Below, one piece after another: positions 63,035 through 64,000 of a DNA stretch of 64,000 nucleotides. The DNA is taken from contig NC_043003.1 in NCBI RefSeq assembly GCF_006345805.1, positions 26,164,001 to 26,228,000 on the forward strand. The letters are read 5' to 3'. Position 1 is the stretch's first letter. Every line of letters begins with the position of its first letter. The position numbers and the translations under genes are program-made. Source of the DNA: Octopus sinensis (Eukaryota). The notes beneath the pieces were generated by a model, which did no database searches, was not told the DNA's origin, and saw only the letters and a list, made by a program, of their open reading frames with translations.

Positions 63035-63360
63035 TTTATTCTTTTACTTGTTTCAGACACTTGACTGCGGCCATGCTGGAGCACCACCTTTAGTTGAACA
63101 AATCAACCCACAGACATTCTTTGCAAGCCTAGTACTTATTCTATCAGTCTCTTTTTCTGAACAGCTAAGTTACGGTGATGATGGGGGTACAAACACAAAC
63201 ATATGCGATGGGCTTCTTTTGCTTTCCATCTACCAAATCTACTCACAAGGCTTTGGTTGGCTCAAGGCTATAGTAGAAGACACTTGCCGAAGGTGCCATG
63301 CAGTGGGACTGAACCTGGAGCCATGTGGTTGGGAAGCAAGCTTCTTACCACACAGCCACT
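63035..63360 (-). mobile_element. Full-length CORE-type tRNA SINE
   Basis: ttttacttgtttcag...gactgcggccatgctggagcacc ... cagtgggactgaacctggagccatgtggttgggaagcaagcttcttaccacacagccac. Confidence 0.85.
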
Positions 63361-64000
63361 GATTCTGTGAACCCAGCAAGAAAATAATTACTTCAACTCA
63401 AAGTCAAAGTTTGAAGGGGCATACTCGCCACAGCTGAACTGACACTAGTTATTAGCCAGCCTTTATTTTACTAACTCTAGACAAAATGGGAAACTAAAGT
63501 AGGACTTTAGAACTAGATGGGACACAAACATTAGGTATTTTAGTCTATGAATCCATCATTTTTGTAAAAAAAGAAGAAAAAAAACAGAGATGTCTTCATG
63601 TGATTGCTTCACCAAACAACCACCACCTTAAATGAAGAGGAACATTTTAAATAATGTAACCTTAGATACTCCTAAAAAGATGGTGAGGTCATGGTTGGAC
63701 TGCTTTTTATCATGAGTGTGCTCAGGATGACCCAGGGTTAAACAACAAAAGTAATGGCTTCACATTTTGGTACAAAGCCAGCAGTTTCAGGTGGTCTGTA
63801 CATAAGTATCTCAATCATTGTATATCTGTGTTCAGCAAGAATTACAACTGCCTTCAAGCCTGATCTTTAGAGTAAGGGTTACAATCACAATAAACCTTCT
63901 GCTTCATAAGGAGCACAGCGATAGAGTGGGTCTCCAGCAGATCTAGCTATATGAAAGTTAAGTCATACTGGTGGTCATTATAAAACATCCAAGGTGTTAG

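Overview
AT-rich, microsatellite- and SINE-laden eukaryotic DNA. The repeat families look octopod (inferred from recognised SINE/RTE families, not proven). No prokaryotic features, CRISPR arrays, rRNA or true tRNA genes. The window is almost entirely intronic sequence of a minus-strand P4-ATPase phospholipid flippase gene (ATP8A1/ATP8A2-like). Three canonical GT-AG exons join in frame: 40930-40810 (121 nt), 14783-14684 (100 nt) and 1705-1607 (99 nt), giving ...YQSMHDVPESETTEEVEPTNQRVVYINTSQPVKYCSNKIS|[33 protein letters not shown]|[33 protein letters not shown]. The next exon lies left of the window and the true first exon is unresolved. The best novel candidate is an alternative first coding exon inside intron 2 (21524-21409). 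It is phase-compatible with exon 3 and sits in a SINE-free island with a TATA/CRE-like proximal region, a G-quadruplex-type 27-bp VNTR upstream, and tandem UGCAUG sites and a hammerhead-like core downstream. The introns also hold a decayed Buster-type hAT with a nested 36-bp retro-insertion, a two-right-ends DD41D Tc1/mariner foldback, several long near-perfect hairpins, RTE, RTE-X and R4/Dong LINE 3' fragments, head-to-tail SINE arrays and MITEs. Nearly all ORFs in the supplied track are simple-repeat or transposon artefacts.
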